A DNA stretch of 64,000 bases from Candidatus Daviesbacteria bacterium (GTDB lineage Bacteria > Patescibacteriota > Microgenomatia > Daviesbacterales > UBA10151), in contig JACPDA010000004.1 in assembly GCA_016184225.1 (NCBI GenBank), positions 343,927 through 407,926 on the forward strand, written 5' to 3'. Each line of letters begins with the position of its first letter. The stretch's first letter is position 1. The notes under the pieces are model-generated. The model ran no database searches. It worked only from the letters and a program-made list of their open reading frames with translations, and had not been told where the DNA came from. Made by a program: the position numbers and the translations under genes. Positions 44,291 to 53,809 of the stretch are shown here, piece by piece.

Positions 44291-47200
44291 TGAAAAGATT
44301 TGTTTGCTTTGTGTTTTTTCTGCTGCTTTTGATATTTGCTCCCCAGGCTTTTGCTCAGGGTAACTCCTATGTTTCGATTGTTAATCCTGTCAGGGGTGAT
44401 GATTTCTGGGATTTAAAGGATCAAAAGCCGGAAACTGCTGTTTTGGGACAAATTGCAATTTTAGAAAAATTCAATTTACCTGCCACATGGTTAATCAGAT
44501 TTGATGCGCTAGATAATCAGAATATCACACTCAAGCTAAAAGAGAGATCTTTGGATGAGAAAGGATTATTTTTAGAAATTACACCAAGCTGGACTACTCA
44601 AGCAAAAGTTGGATACAAAACATCTAATACTTGGCATGCGGCCGGCAGCGCTTTCTTAACTGGTTATGAAAGGGAAGAGAGAATAGAGTTAATTGATACA
44701 GCTTTTAAAAGCTTCAAAGACAATTTTGGGATTTATCCTGTTTCAGTAGGAGCTTGGTGGATTGATAGTTTCTCACTGGATTATATGCAGAAAAAATATG
44801 GCATCAGTTCTGCTTTAATTGTGGCCGATCAATACTCTACAGACAACTATCAAATTTGGGGACAATACTTTGGAACCCCGTATTATCCTTCCAAAAATAA
44901 TGCACTTCATCCGGCCCAAACATTGGAAAACAAATTAGATATTGTCATGACCCAGTGGGCCTTGCGTGATCCGGTGAATGCTTATGGAAACGGGGTAATG
45001 GAGAGTACCTTCTCCATCCAAGCTAATGATTATATGGACTATCATGACTTAGATACAGGTTATTTTTCTACCTTAATTGCTACTTATACAAAACAGCAGT
45101 TTAATAAGTTTGCTCATATCGTGGTCGGTTTAGAAAACTCATATGAGTGGAATAAATACTCGGGTGAATATCAAAGGCAAATAGAAACACTAGCAAGGGG
45201 AAAAGAAGCCAACGTCGCTATTGTAACGTTAAAAGATTTCGCCAGTTGGTATAAAACCAGTTTCCCCCAACTTTCCCCGGAACAGTTAATTATTGCTGAT
45301 GACCCGTTGGGAAGTTCCAAAAAAACAGTTTGGTATATGAATCCCTATTACAGAGTTGGCTGGTTCTACAATCAGAATGGTTCTGTATTTAGAGATATCA
45401 GGCAGTATATAGACGGAGAAGAAGAATTATGTTTTAGAAGTAGATGTGACAGCGTTAATTTTGCAACCAGTGCTACTCGAGTTTTGGATGATGTAAGTTT
45501 TGGCCACAAATGGGTGATAGATGAAGGAAGGATTAATAATTTTAAAGTAGAGAAAAAAGATGAAAGCTTCTTTATAAGTTATGTCAATGAAGCAGGAAAC
45601 TTAAGGCAAATAGGGTTACTTCCTCGTGATATCAGTATTGACGAAAAGATTTTCTCAATTGACGGAGCAATACTAAATGCTACAAAAAAAGAAAATTCGA
45701 CAGAAAAAGGGACCATAAGTACTGGTAATTTATTCAAATGGTCTCCTCTTTCAATATCTTTCAAGATTGGAAGCTTCCTTGTCTTTCTCATCTTTGTAGT
45801 TATTATCCCGGGACTCATATTATCCAATAACTCCTTTAATAAAAATATGGCGCCCTTTTTAAGGTTATTCATATCAGGAGTCATAGGACTTGTTGTGTTT
45901 ACATTGTTTTTTTATGTAGCCAGCCTTTATAAATTTAAGCCTCTAATTTTTCTCTATATTTTAATAAGTTTTATCATCTTTTTACGTTTTAAGTACTATA
46001 ATTTACTATCCGATCTGTTAAAGGATGTTCGGTCTTTTAATTTAATTTCAACTTTAGTTCTGGCCGGGACTATTTTCCAGGTGACCCCAACATTTAGAAG
46101 TGGTCTTAATTTTACCTATGGTCTGGGGTTTTGGGGACCGAATACTCACGATGGGGTTTGGCATATGGCACTTATAAATCAATTGATTAAGTCGGTCCCC
46201 CCGGAAAATCCGATTTTTTCAGGTTCGGTTCTTAAGAATTACCATTTTTTCTATGACCTTTTAATCGCTGCCACGGCTTTTCTGTCAAAGATTCCCGTGG
46301 CAGATTTGGTGTTTAGGCTTTATCCGGTTGTCTTTTCCCTGATGCTGGGAATTGGTTCTTATTATTTGGTCATGAGACTTTTTGAAGAGAGGATGGGAGT
46401 TAAAAAATCTAAGTTAGCGAGTCTGATTAGTCTTTATCTGATTTATTTTGCAGGAAGCTTTGGTTGGATAGTTGAGTTTTTGCGGGAAAGGCATTTCGGT
46501 GGAGAGTCGGCATTTTGGGCAAACCAGGCAATTTCTTTTAATTTAAATCCGCCTTTTGCCATCTCATTGGTAATTATGATAGCTGTGCTTCACATACTGA
46601 TGTCCTCTCCCGATCTAAAGGGTAAAATTATTGCTATCCTTATTTTTGGGACACTAGCTAGTTTTAAGTCTTATACCGGAGTTTTAGTATTAGGGTCACT
46701 TCTAGTAGTTTCAATTATAAAAGTTTTTCATAAAAAAGATTTTTCTTACTTTTGGATTGCAATTTGTTCAATTACCATTTCAATGTGGTTATTTTTTTCA
46801 AACTTTGCAGCTAATTCTGCTTTTTTGATTTTTGCTCCATTTTGGTTTATTCATTCAATGGTTGATTCTCCGGATCGGGTGGGGTGGGTCAGGTTATCTT
46901 TGGCCAGGACCAGCTCTTTTGCTTTAGGACTGTGGCCAAAATTTATATTGGCAGAGATAACGAGCTTTATGCTTTTTATTATTGGAAACTTGGGGATGAG
47001 GTTTTTAAGTTTTGGAATATTTTTTAAATTTAAAGACATAGTTAAAAATGATACTTTTACATTTATTTTTATAATTTCCATTGCCTCAATGGGTATCCCG
47101 ATACTATTTATACAATCGGGTAATCCTTGGAATACTATCCAATTTTTCTACCCTGTTCTTTATACGAGCGCACTTTTTGCTGGGGTAGTGTTATCTTTCA

Positions 47201-47724
47201 TAATTTTTAAACTGAATCGAATTTTTGCTACAATTTTAGTTGGTATAATTTTAATTTTAGCGCCAATTAATTCTTTTGTGACTGCGAGAGGGTATTTTGG
47301 TAAAACTCCGCATGCTTTTATTAGCGCAAAAGAACTGGAGGGCTTGCAATTTTTATCAGCCCAACCTGATGGGATAGTTTTAACATATCCTTATGATGGG
47401 AAGTTAAAGCAAAACTTAGACGAACCCTGGCCGCTTTTTGTTTACGACAGCACTGCTTATGTGTCTGCTTTGTCAGAAAAGCCAGTTTATTTAGAAGATG
47501 AGCCGCAAAACCAAATTCTTTTAACTGATTATAAAAAAAGATTGGTTGCTTCCAAAGATTTCTTCCTAAAACCTCTTTCTGGAAGTTCAAAGTTCCTGCA
47601 ACAAACCCAAATAAAATATATTTATCTACCAAAAATATACAACATCCGTTTGGATGAAAGTACCGGAATAGTTACGAAGACCTTTGAAAACGAAGAACTG
47701 GTTACATATGCAACAAATTATTAA
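44290..47724 (+). CDS. Large fusion: extracellular carbohydrate esterase/hydrolase-like barrel plus a GT-C-like membrane domain
   Basis: Signal peptide; PATWLIRFD, GLFLEITP, FKDNFGIYPVSVGAWWID (NodB/GH57-like pattern). The C-terminal ~650 aa are paralogous to 50144-52135 (HDGVWH.AL, NYHFF.DLL). Confidence 0.65.
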   Translation: MKRFVCFVFFLLLLIFAPQAFAQGNSYVSIVNPVRGDDFWDLKDQKPETAVLGQIAILEKFNLPATWLIRFDALDNQNITLKLKERSLDEKGLFLEITPSWTTQAKVGYKTSNTWHAAGSAFLTGYEREERIELIDTAFKSFKDNFGIYPVSVGAWWIDSFSLDYMQKKYGISSALIVADQYSTDNYQIWGQYFGTPYYPSKNNALHPAQTLENKLDIVMTQWALRDPVNAYGNGVMESTFSIQANDYMDYHDLDTGYFSTLIATYTKQQFNKFAHIVVGLENSYEWNKYSGEYQRQIETLARGKEANVAIVTLKDFASWYKTSFPQLSPEQLIIADDPLGSSKKTVWYMNPYYRVGWFYNQNGSVFRDIRQYIDGEEELCFRSRCDSVNFATSATRVLDDVSFGHKWVIDEGRINNFKVEKKDESFFISYVNEAGNLRQIGLLPRDISIDEKIFSIDGAILNATKKENSTEKGTISTGNLFKWSPLSISFKIGSFLVFLIFVVIIPGLILSNNSFNKNMAPFLRLFISGVIGLVVFTLFFYVASLYKFKPLIFLYILISFIIFLRFKYYNLLSDLLKDVRSFNLISTLVLAGTIFQVTPTFRSGLNFTYGLGFWGPNTHDGVWHMALINQLIKSVPPENPIFSGSVLKNYHFFYDLLIAATAFLSKIPVADLVFRLYPVVFSLMLGIGSYYLVMRLFEERMGVKKSKLASLISLYLIYFAGSFGWIVEFLRERHFGGESAFWANQAISFNLNPPFAISLVIMIAVLHILMSSPDLKGKIIAILIFGTLASFKSYTGVLVLGSLLVVSIIKVFHKKDFSYFWIAICSITISMWLFFSNFAANSAFLIFAPFWFIHSMVDSPDRVGWVRLSLARTSSFALGLWPKFILAEITSFMLFIIGNLGMRFLSFGIFFKFKDIVKNDTFTFIFIISIASMGIPILFIQSGNPWNTIQFFYPVLYTSALFAGVVLSFIIFKLNRIFATILVGIILILAPINSFVTARGYFGKTPHAFISAKELEGLQFLSAQPDGIVLTYPYDGKLKQNLDEPWPLFVYDSTAYVSALSEKPVYLEDEPQNQILLTDYKKRLVASKDFFLKPLSGSSKFLQQTQIKYIYLPKIYNIRLDESTGIVTKTFENEELVTYATNY

Positions 47725-48649
47725 GAATCAATTTTTTATAGCGATTTTAGTTTATCTTTTTATTGTCAGTTTAACAACACTTCCAGCATTGAGTTTTTTT
47801 CAAAAGATCAGGTTAGCAAATGAAGGATATAAAGAGCAGATGACAGCTTATCAAAATCTGAATATTAGAAAGAGACAATTTATAGGAAACTTTCAAAAAA
47901 TGACTTGCAATGGCAATTTATTTTTTCAAGCAGGGGCTCCGGTAACTGCTATTCATCTCAGGGATAATTATCTTTATCTTTCCCAAGCAGATAATCAGCT
48001 GGTAGTTATTAATTTGATTACCCCTGAACATCCTACAAGGTTCCCAGTTCCTGTTTTAACTGATATCTATTCAGATACTACTGATATTTATGGCACGGAT
48101 TTTTTTAATGATAGGGTCATCAGGCTTGTTTTTGAAAAAGAAGAAGTTGTCGTCGAAAAAGTTTATCCTAAAATTGGCAGAGCTTCGTCTTTAACCCGTG
48201 ATACCAAGGGCTATTTTTATGTTTCCGGTTATGTCTCCGGAAATATTTCCAAAATTCTTGGTAGAGACGGCTTTTTTTTCCTTCCTGATTTGAATAAAAT
48301 TGTTGACCTTGAGTTAATCACCGGTCATCTAGTAGTAGCCCGCTACGATGCTCAGCCCACACTTATCAGTATAAATTTAACTGACGGGAAGCAAACAGTG
48401 ATTGAAGAAAAAAGAAGTATTTCATCACTTGCTTTTGACGGGGAAACACTCTGGGCAGTATACGATCAGGCCGGTCAGTCACAAATTGGGAAGGTTACCT
48501 CGGAGGCTTTAATAGACGATCAGGTTTTAGATTGTCCTTTTCCGGTAAAAGTATCCGTCGGGAAAGATAGGGTTTTTTACACTTCGCTTGATGATAGCGA
48601 AGGGAAGGTTTATTGGATTAATAAAAATCTCCAAAAGAACGGTAAATAA
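47708..48649 (+). CDS. Membrane-anchored extracellular beta-propeller-like protein
   Basis: N-terminal TM helix followed by repeated short strand units (YLYLS, IYGTD, FYVSG, LVVAR, LWAVY, VFYTS). Confidence 0.6.
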   Translation: MQQIIKNQFFIAILVYLFIVSLTTLPALSFFQKIRLANEGYKEQMTAYQNLNIRKRQFIGNFQKMTCNGNLFFQAGAPVTAIHLRDNYLYLSQADNQLVVINLITPEHPTRFPVPVLTDIYSDTTDIYGTDFFNDRVIRLVFEKEEVVVEKVYPKIGRASSLTRDTKGYFYVSGYVSGNISKILGRDGFFFLPDLNKIVDLELITGHLVVARYDAQPTLISINLTDGKQTVIEEKRSISSLAFDGETLWAVYDQAGQSQIGKVTSEALIDDQVLDCPFPVKVSVGKDRVFYTSLDDSEGKVYWINKNLQKNGK

Positions 48650-50082
48650 GCACCGCTTAAGAATGTTCCCGGTCCGTAGGGAAAGGATTTGGACTCGCTG
48701 GCTATCGGAAAAGCCGAATAAATTGCCTGGGTATTTAAAAAAAATCCCACCACGATTACACTTACAAGGACTATTTTTGTGATCCTCAGAAAGACAGTTT
48801 TTTTAAGGAGGAAATAAAAAATTGCTGGAGAGACTAACATAGTAATGATAAAGCGGAATTTTGCGGGTTCTATTTGGGGTTTGAATTCATTTGATAGGAA
48901 AGAACGGCCGGAAAGAAGAAGACCGATGACTAAGATAGTAGTTACCAGATTTGGCTGTCGGATAATTTCAAAGAGCAAAAGAGCAGCAGAGATAGAGAGG
49001 AAGGGGAAAAAGGGGAAATGGTACCAAAGCAAGACATCAGTCTGGCCGCCGGAAAAAACAACCACCATAGCCCAGAAAATAAAAGCTAGGGAGACTAACT
49101 GAAAGCGCTTATCGGCAAACTTCGTGATTGCCAAGTAGACTGCAGCAAAAAGAGAGAAAATATACCAGCCATCATAAAAAAAGTTGATACTGTAACCCGG
49201 ACTACTTAAGAGAAAAGGTAAGCCCAGAAATCCGACCGGTCTGCCGCTTTGCTGCAAATTAATCTGGACAAATAGATTCCAGTCCACAGCCGCTCCATAA
49301 GCCAGAAGTACTCCTACAAACCAGCTAACACCCAACAAAACAAAAGCGATTTCTTTCCATAACTTATTTTTGGCCAGCAGAAAAATAATAAAAAAAACAA
49401 TTAAAAATCCCGTCTGTTTCATCAGCCCGGCTAAGCCGATGACAATTGGAAGAAACGATAAGAAATACCACTTCTGTTTCTCAAGATAAAGAATAGTCAA
49501 ATAGATAGCCAATATGTAAAAAAAGGTAATACCGTTTTCCGCCACCGAGAGACGTTGACCAAAGACAAAAAGCGGTGTCAGTGAGTAAATGGTTGTGGCC
49601 AGTATTGCCGGCCAAAAGCCGAAAAGTTTTTTGGTTAGTAAAAAGAGAACTATGGTAGTGGCAAAGGCAAAAAATAAAGCAGGCAGACGGATATAGGAGG
49701 CAGGTAAAATCGACCACGGATTAGCTCCATAAAAATGAGCTACGCCTCCTGATAAAAGACCATAAAGCGGCGGTAAATCAAGCCAGGGAGAGAGGATATC
49801 AACATTTAACTCTATATCGTAGCCTACTATTTTACCGCTGAAGACATTATCCTGAATCGGGAATTTACCTGCCGGAGACCAGGTTCGGGGAATACCGGAT
49901 TCTATTAAATGAATTCCCATCCAGGAATAGGCATATTCTTCAAGATGACCCATTAAAGGATAGCGGTCATAATTAACGCTTTTTATGGTAAAGAAAAAGG
50001 CAAAAGCAACCAGGATAAGTAAGAATTTACTCCAGAACACTAAGTTGATACGTCTATTTTCTCTCACAGTTAAATTATACAA
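48610..50082 (-). CDS. GT-C-fold membrane glycosyltransferase
   Basis: HLEEYAY, DLPPLY, R.P, R...AEN, K.TG; multiple TM segments. Confidence 0.8.
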   Translation of the reverse strand: MYNLTVRENRRINLVFWSKFLLILVAFAFFFTIKSVNYDRYPLMGHLEEYAYSWMGIHLIESGIPRTWSPAGKFPIQDNVFSGKIVGYDIELNVDILSPWLDLPPLYGLLSGGVAHFYGANPWSILPASYIRLPALFFAFATTIVLFLLTKKLFGFWPAILATTIYSLTPLFVFGQRLSVAENGITFFYILAIYLTILYLEKQKWYFLSFLPIVIGLAGLMKQTGFLIVFFIIFLLAKNKLWKEIAFVLLGVSWFVGVLLAYGAAVDWNLFVQINLQQSGRPVGFLGLPFLLSSPGYSINFFYDGWYIFSLFAAVYLAITKFADKRFQLVSLAFIFWAMVVVFSGGQTDVLLWYHFPFFPFLSISAALLLFEIIRQPNLVTTILVIGLLLSGRSFLSNEFKPQIEPAKFRFIITMLVSPAIFYFLLKKTVFLRITKIVLVSVIVVGFFLNTQAIYSAFPIASESKSFPYGPGTFLSGAYLPFFWRFLLIQ

Positions 50083-50143
50083 TGTTAAGTATGTTTGTGG
50101 ATTTTAGGGATATTTGTGTAGTAAGCTTAGGACATCTATATCA

Positions 50144-52135
50144 ATGGTCATTAATACTTTACTGCAATTTTTTTTAGGAACAATTTTTTTAATTTTGGCC
50201 GTTGTTTGTTTTACACTTCCAGGTCATGCAATTCTACGGAAATTAACCCCTGATCTGGATGATTTGGAAAAATTTACCATAGCTTCTGTTTTTGGATTAG
50301 TAATATTTACATTAGCAGCTTATGTTTTGGCAGCAATTCATCTGCGTTTTTTGATGTGGACTTTTCCGCTGATAGGTATTTGGTCGCTATATAATTTCAG
50401 GAAAGAAATATTTTCATTTAGGTTAAAGATTTCTCACAAAATAGTTTTTCTTTTAGTTTTTTTGATGGGGGTGATTGGAATGGTTGCGGTTAATGCTCCG
50501 TCTGGATTTCCCTACAGGGAAGGGATCTATTTTTGGAGTTCGCACGGGCATGACGGGGTTTGGCATCTTGCTTTAATGGAGCAGATGAAAACCTCAAACT
50601 TTCCATTTCAAAACCCAGAGCTGGCCGGAGCTAAACTACAAAATTATCACTTCTTTGTTGACCTTCTGATGTCTGAGTTTTCCAGATTATTTCAATTTTC
50701 CAGCTTAGATATCTATTTTCGGTTTATGCCGGTTGTATTTGCGGCTTTGTTAGGTTTAGCGAGTTTCATATTTGTTAGGGCTTGGGGTAAATCTGAGGTA
50801 GCGGGTATATGGGCTATGTTTTTTACTTCTTTTGCCGGAAGCTTCGGTTACTTATTGTATATTCCCACGCACTTAAGTTTAGGAGGAGAATCAATATTTT
50901 GGGTTTCTCAAACGCAATCGGTTTTGGGAAATCCTCCGCATGCCGCGGCTTTCATTATTACAACCGCATTCTTATTCTGTTTCCTAAAATACTTAAAATC
51001 AAAAAAGCTTATCTTTTTCTTGCTCTGTACAATTCTGGGCGGAGTAGTTATTGAATTTAAAGTTTATGCCGGGATGTTAATCCTTGGGGGGCTGTTTTTA
51101 GCAGGGATCTTTGAACTTTTCTTCAAACGCAAATTTCAAGTTATATTCTTATTCTTATCAATTTTTCTGGTTTCATTTATTATTTATTTTCCCAACAGTA
51201 AAAACTCCCAAGACTTTCTACTTTGGCAACCCTGGTGGTTCATCAGGACAATGGTGGTAGCACCCGACAGATTAAACTGGATAGACTTGGAGCTTAGAAG
51301 GCAAACATATATTGCTGAGGAAAATTGGAAAAGAGTTATACAAGTTGAAGCAACTGCGTTTTTAATTTTTCTTTTTGGGAATTTAGGGATGAGGTTTGTA
51401 GGGTTTTGGACCTACTTTAAAAAAGTAAAAGAAAACCTTTTTAAAAATAATTTTAATATCTTCTTTTTAGGTATTACCACTGCTTCGTTTTTTGTCCCGG
51501 TTTTTTTTCTGCAGAAAGGCGTTGCCTGGAATACAATACAGTTTAACCAGTACTTCTTGTTATTTTTTGGATTCCTTGCTGCTATTACCACTGCCGAACT
51601 TTTGTTATATCTCAAAAATATTTCCTTAAGATATCTTCTTTCAGGCTTAATAATCCTTCTCTCCGTACCTACCCAATTGGGATTGCTGTGGCAATTTTAT
51701 TCCAACCCGGCTTTATCGAAAGTTTCGTATGAAGAGATAGAGGCGCTGAAGTTTCTTAAAAAGGTTTCTGCAGACGCCATTGTTTTGACATCGCCTTTTA
51801 ATAGATATGAAAGGGATAAGTACAATATGCCGCCGATACCTATTTATGCCTGGTATGATACCGGTTATGTATCGGCTTTCTCGGGCAAAAAAACATTAAT
51901 ATCGGATGAGGAACAAGTCAATATTATGGGCTACAAAGTTGATAAATTATTGCTAGACAGATCGGAAGCCTTTGAAAGTACCGACCATCAGAAAATGAAT
52001 AGCTTCTTAAAAAAATATAAAATTGATTATATTTATCTTGTCTGGGATCAGAAAATCGCCACCAGCAGCAGTTTTCTCGATGTCGACTCTGTTTTTGAGA
52101 ATAAGGATGCCAGGATTTTTAAAGTAAGGAAATGA
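50144..52135 (+). CDS. GT-C-like multi-TM protein, paralog of the C-terminal part of 44290-47724
   Basis: HDGVWHLAL, NYHFFVDLL, GNLGMR, WNTIQF, soluble C-terminal domain with IDYIY. Confidence 0.75.
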   Translation: MVINTLLQFFLGTIFLILAVVCFTLPGHAILRKLTPDLDDLEKFTIASVFGLVIFTLAAYVLAAIHLRFLMWTFPLIGIWSLYNFRKEIFSFRLKISHKIVFLLVFLMGVIGMVAVNAPSGFPYREGIYFWSSHGHDGVWHLALMEQMKTSNFPFQNPELAGAKLQNYHFFVDLLMSEFSRLFQFSSLDIYFRFMPVVFAALLGLASFIFVRAWGKSEVAGIWAMFFTSFAGSFGYLLYIPTHLSLGGESIFWVSQTQSVLGNPPHAAAFIITTAFLFCFLKYLKSKKLIFFLLCTILGGVVIEFKVYAGMLILGGLFLAGIFELFFKRKFQVIFLFLSIFLVSFIIYFPNSKNSQDFLLWQPWWFIRTMVVAPDRLNWIDLELRRQTYIAEENWKRVIQVEATAFLIFLFGNLGMRFVGFWTYFKKVKENLFKNNFNIFFLGITTASFFVPVFFLQKGVAWNTIQFNQYFLLFFGFLAAITTAELLLYLKNISLRYLLSGLIILLSVPTQLGLLWQFYSNPALSKVSYEEIEALKFLKKVSADAIVLTSPFNRYERDKYNMPPIPIYAWYDTGYVSAFSGKKTLISDEEQVNIMGYKVDKLLLDRSEAFESTDHQKMNSFLKKYKIDYIYLVWDQKIATSSSFLDVDSVFENKDARIFKVRK

Positions 52136-53805
52136 AGATTTTTTTAAAGGGAAATTTATTGATTTTAGCAGCAATATTACTTTTGGGATTATTGCTGCGA
52201 GCCGTATTTATTAATAATAGTCCGCCTTCTTTGTATGGCGATGAATTGACTATTACACTGGATGCTTATGCACTGTTAAAAACAGGACACGACCAGCTGG
52301 GTAATTTTCTGCCTTTAACTTTCCCCATGGGAGCCGGCAGACCTGCCGGTTATATTTATGGGACCATCCCTTTCGTTGCTCTCTTTGGCCCTACAGCAAT
52401 AGGGGTAAGGATATTATCAATTCTTTCTGGTGTCGGAATCATTTTTTTTCTTTATTTAATTGGAAAAAAGCTTTTTTCCAAAAAGGTAGGACTTTTGACA
52501 GCTTTTATTGGCGCAGTCTCTCCTTGGGACATATCTTTAAGCAGAGGAGGTTTTGAAGCTCATTTTGCGCTTTTTTTGTCTCTTCTGGGTATATATATGT
52601 TCATAGAAGCCAAGAAAAGTCCCGTTTATTATCTTTTTTCAGCTTTAAGTTTTGGATTAACTTTTTACACCTATCCCACATATAAAGTTAGTTTACTTCT
52701 GTTTTTGCCTTTACTACTTTGGTTTCAAGGAGCAAGAGATATTTTGAGCAATGGAAAGAAATATTTTTTGGTAGGTATATCATTTTTATTAGTTTTAGGA
52801 ATGTTATCCTTAAGTCAAACTTTTATAACTTGCTTCAAGTTACAAGAAGTAAGATGTAATCTTACGATTATTGGCGGCTCAGAGACGAGGTTTTCTGATA
52901 TAAATATTCTTTCTCAAGGTAAACTAAAAAACGCTATTGAGCAGAAAATAAACTCAGAAAGACAAATCAGTAATCTACCTAAGAATCTAATCAAATACTT
53001 TCATAATAAACCTGTCGAATATTCAAAAATTCTGATTGAAAATTATTTACAAAATTTTTCCATGGATTTTTTATTTTTACACGGAGACAGAAATCCACGA
53101 CATAACATGGGGACTATCGGTGGCTTATACGTTATAGAGATTATTTTGTTAATAATAGGAATTTTAACTTTCTGGGAGAAAAGCAGAAAAATAATTTTAT
53201 TCCTACTTCTGTGGATAATTATTGCCCCGATTCCTACTGCTATTGTTGACTTCCCGCATGCTTTAAGGAGCTCGTTTATGTTACCTCCTCTAATTATCAT
53301 TTCAGCCCTGGGGCTTATCACCCTGTTGAATCATAGGAACAAGATAACTTTGTCCATAATTTTCTTCCTTTTCTTTATCCAATTCCTATTTTTCATACAA
53401 AAATTATATTTTCTTGCACCGAATGAATATAGTAGTTTTTGGTCTTATCCGGCAAAATTGGCATCTAAAATTGCAACCGAGAATAAGGATAAATATGATT
53501 ACGTAATCCTGTCGGATAGGATTAATGATATTGAATTTGCTTACCCTGTCTATTCAAAAATAGATCCAGTAGCGGTGATTGCTCAAAATAAAGAGCGGTC
53601 AGATTTGATAAATTACCCGATGAAGAAATTCGGCAATGTTTTTATCGGGTTTATCGCAGAAAGAGAATTGTTAAAATTTATCAATAGTCTTCCTGGCTCT
53701 ACTTTATACATTGGAACAAAAGCAGAGGGTGAACATCTTAGTGATTACGAAGTTATTAAAAGTTTGAACAAAGAGGTGGTATTGGTGTTAAAAAGAAAAC
53801 CCTGA
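52132..53805 (+). CDS. GT-C-fold membrane glycosyltransferase (ArnT/PMT-like)
   Basis: PPSLYGDE, TGHDQLGNFLP, SPW...LSR..FE, FLFLHGD.NPRH. Confidence 0.88.
   Translation: MKIFLKGNLLILAAILLLGLLLRAVFINNSPPSLYGDELTITLDAYALLKTGHDQLGNFLPLTFPMGAGRPAGYIYGTIPFVALFGPTAIGVRILSILSGVGIIFFLYLIGKKLFSKKVGLLTAFIGAVSPWDISLSRGGFEAHFALFLSLLGIYMFIEAKKSPVYYLFSALSFGLTFYTYPTYKVSLLLFLPLLLWFQGARDILSNGKKYFLVGISFLLVLGMLSLSQTFITCFKLQEVRCNLTIIGGSETRFSDINILSQGKLKNAIEQKINSERQISNLPKNLIKYFHNKPVEYSKILIENYLQNFSMDFLFLHGDRNPRHNMGTIGGLYVIEIILLIIGILTFWEKSRKIILFLLLWIIIAPIPTAIVDFPHALRSSFMLPPLIIISALGLITLLNHRNKITLSIIFFLFFIQFLFFIQKLYFLAPNEYSSFWSYPAKLASKIATENKDKYDYVILSDRINDIEFAYPVYSKIDPVAVIAQNKERSDLINYPMKKFGNVFIGFIAERELLKFINSLPGSTLYIGTKAEGEHLSDYEVIKSLNKEVVLVLKRKP
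52826..52865. repeat. Two 7-bp-stem/3-nt-loop hairpins inside the glycosyltransferase CDS
   Basis: TAACTTG-ctt-CAAGTTA (52826-52842) and GTAAGAT-gta-ATCTTAC (52849-52865). Confidence 0.6.
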
Positions 53806-53809
53806 AAAG

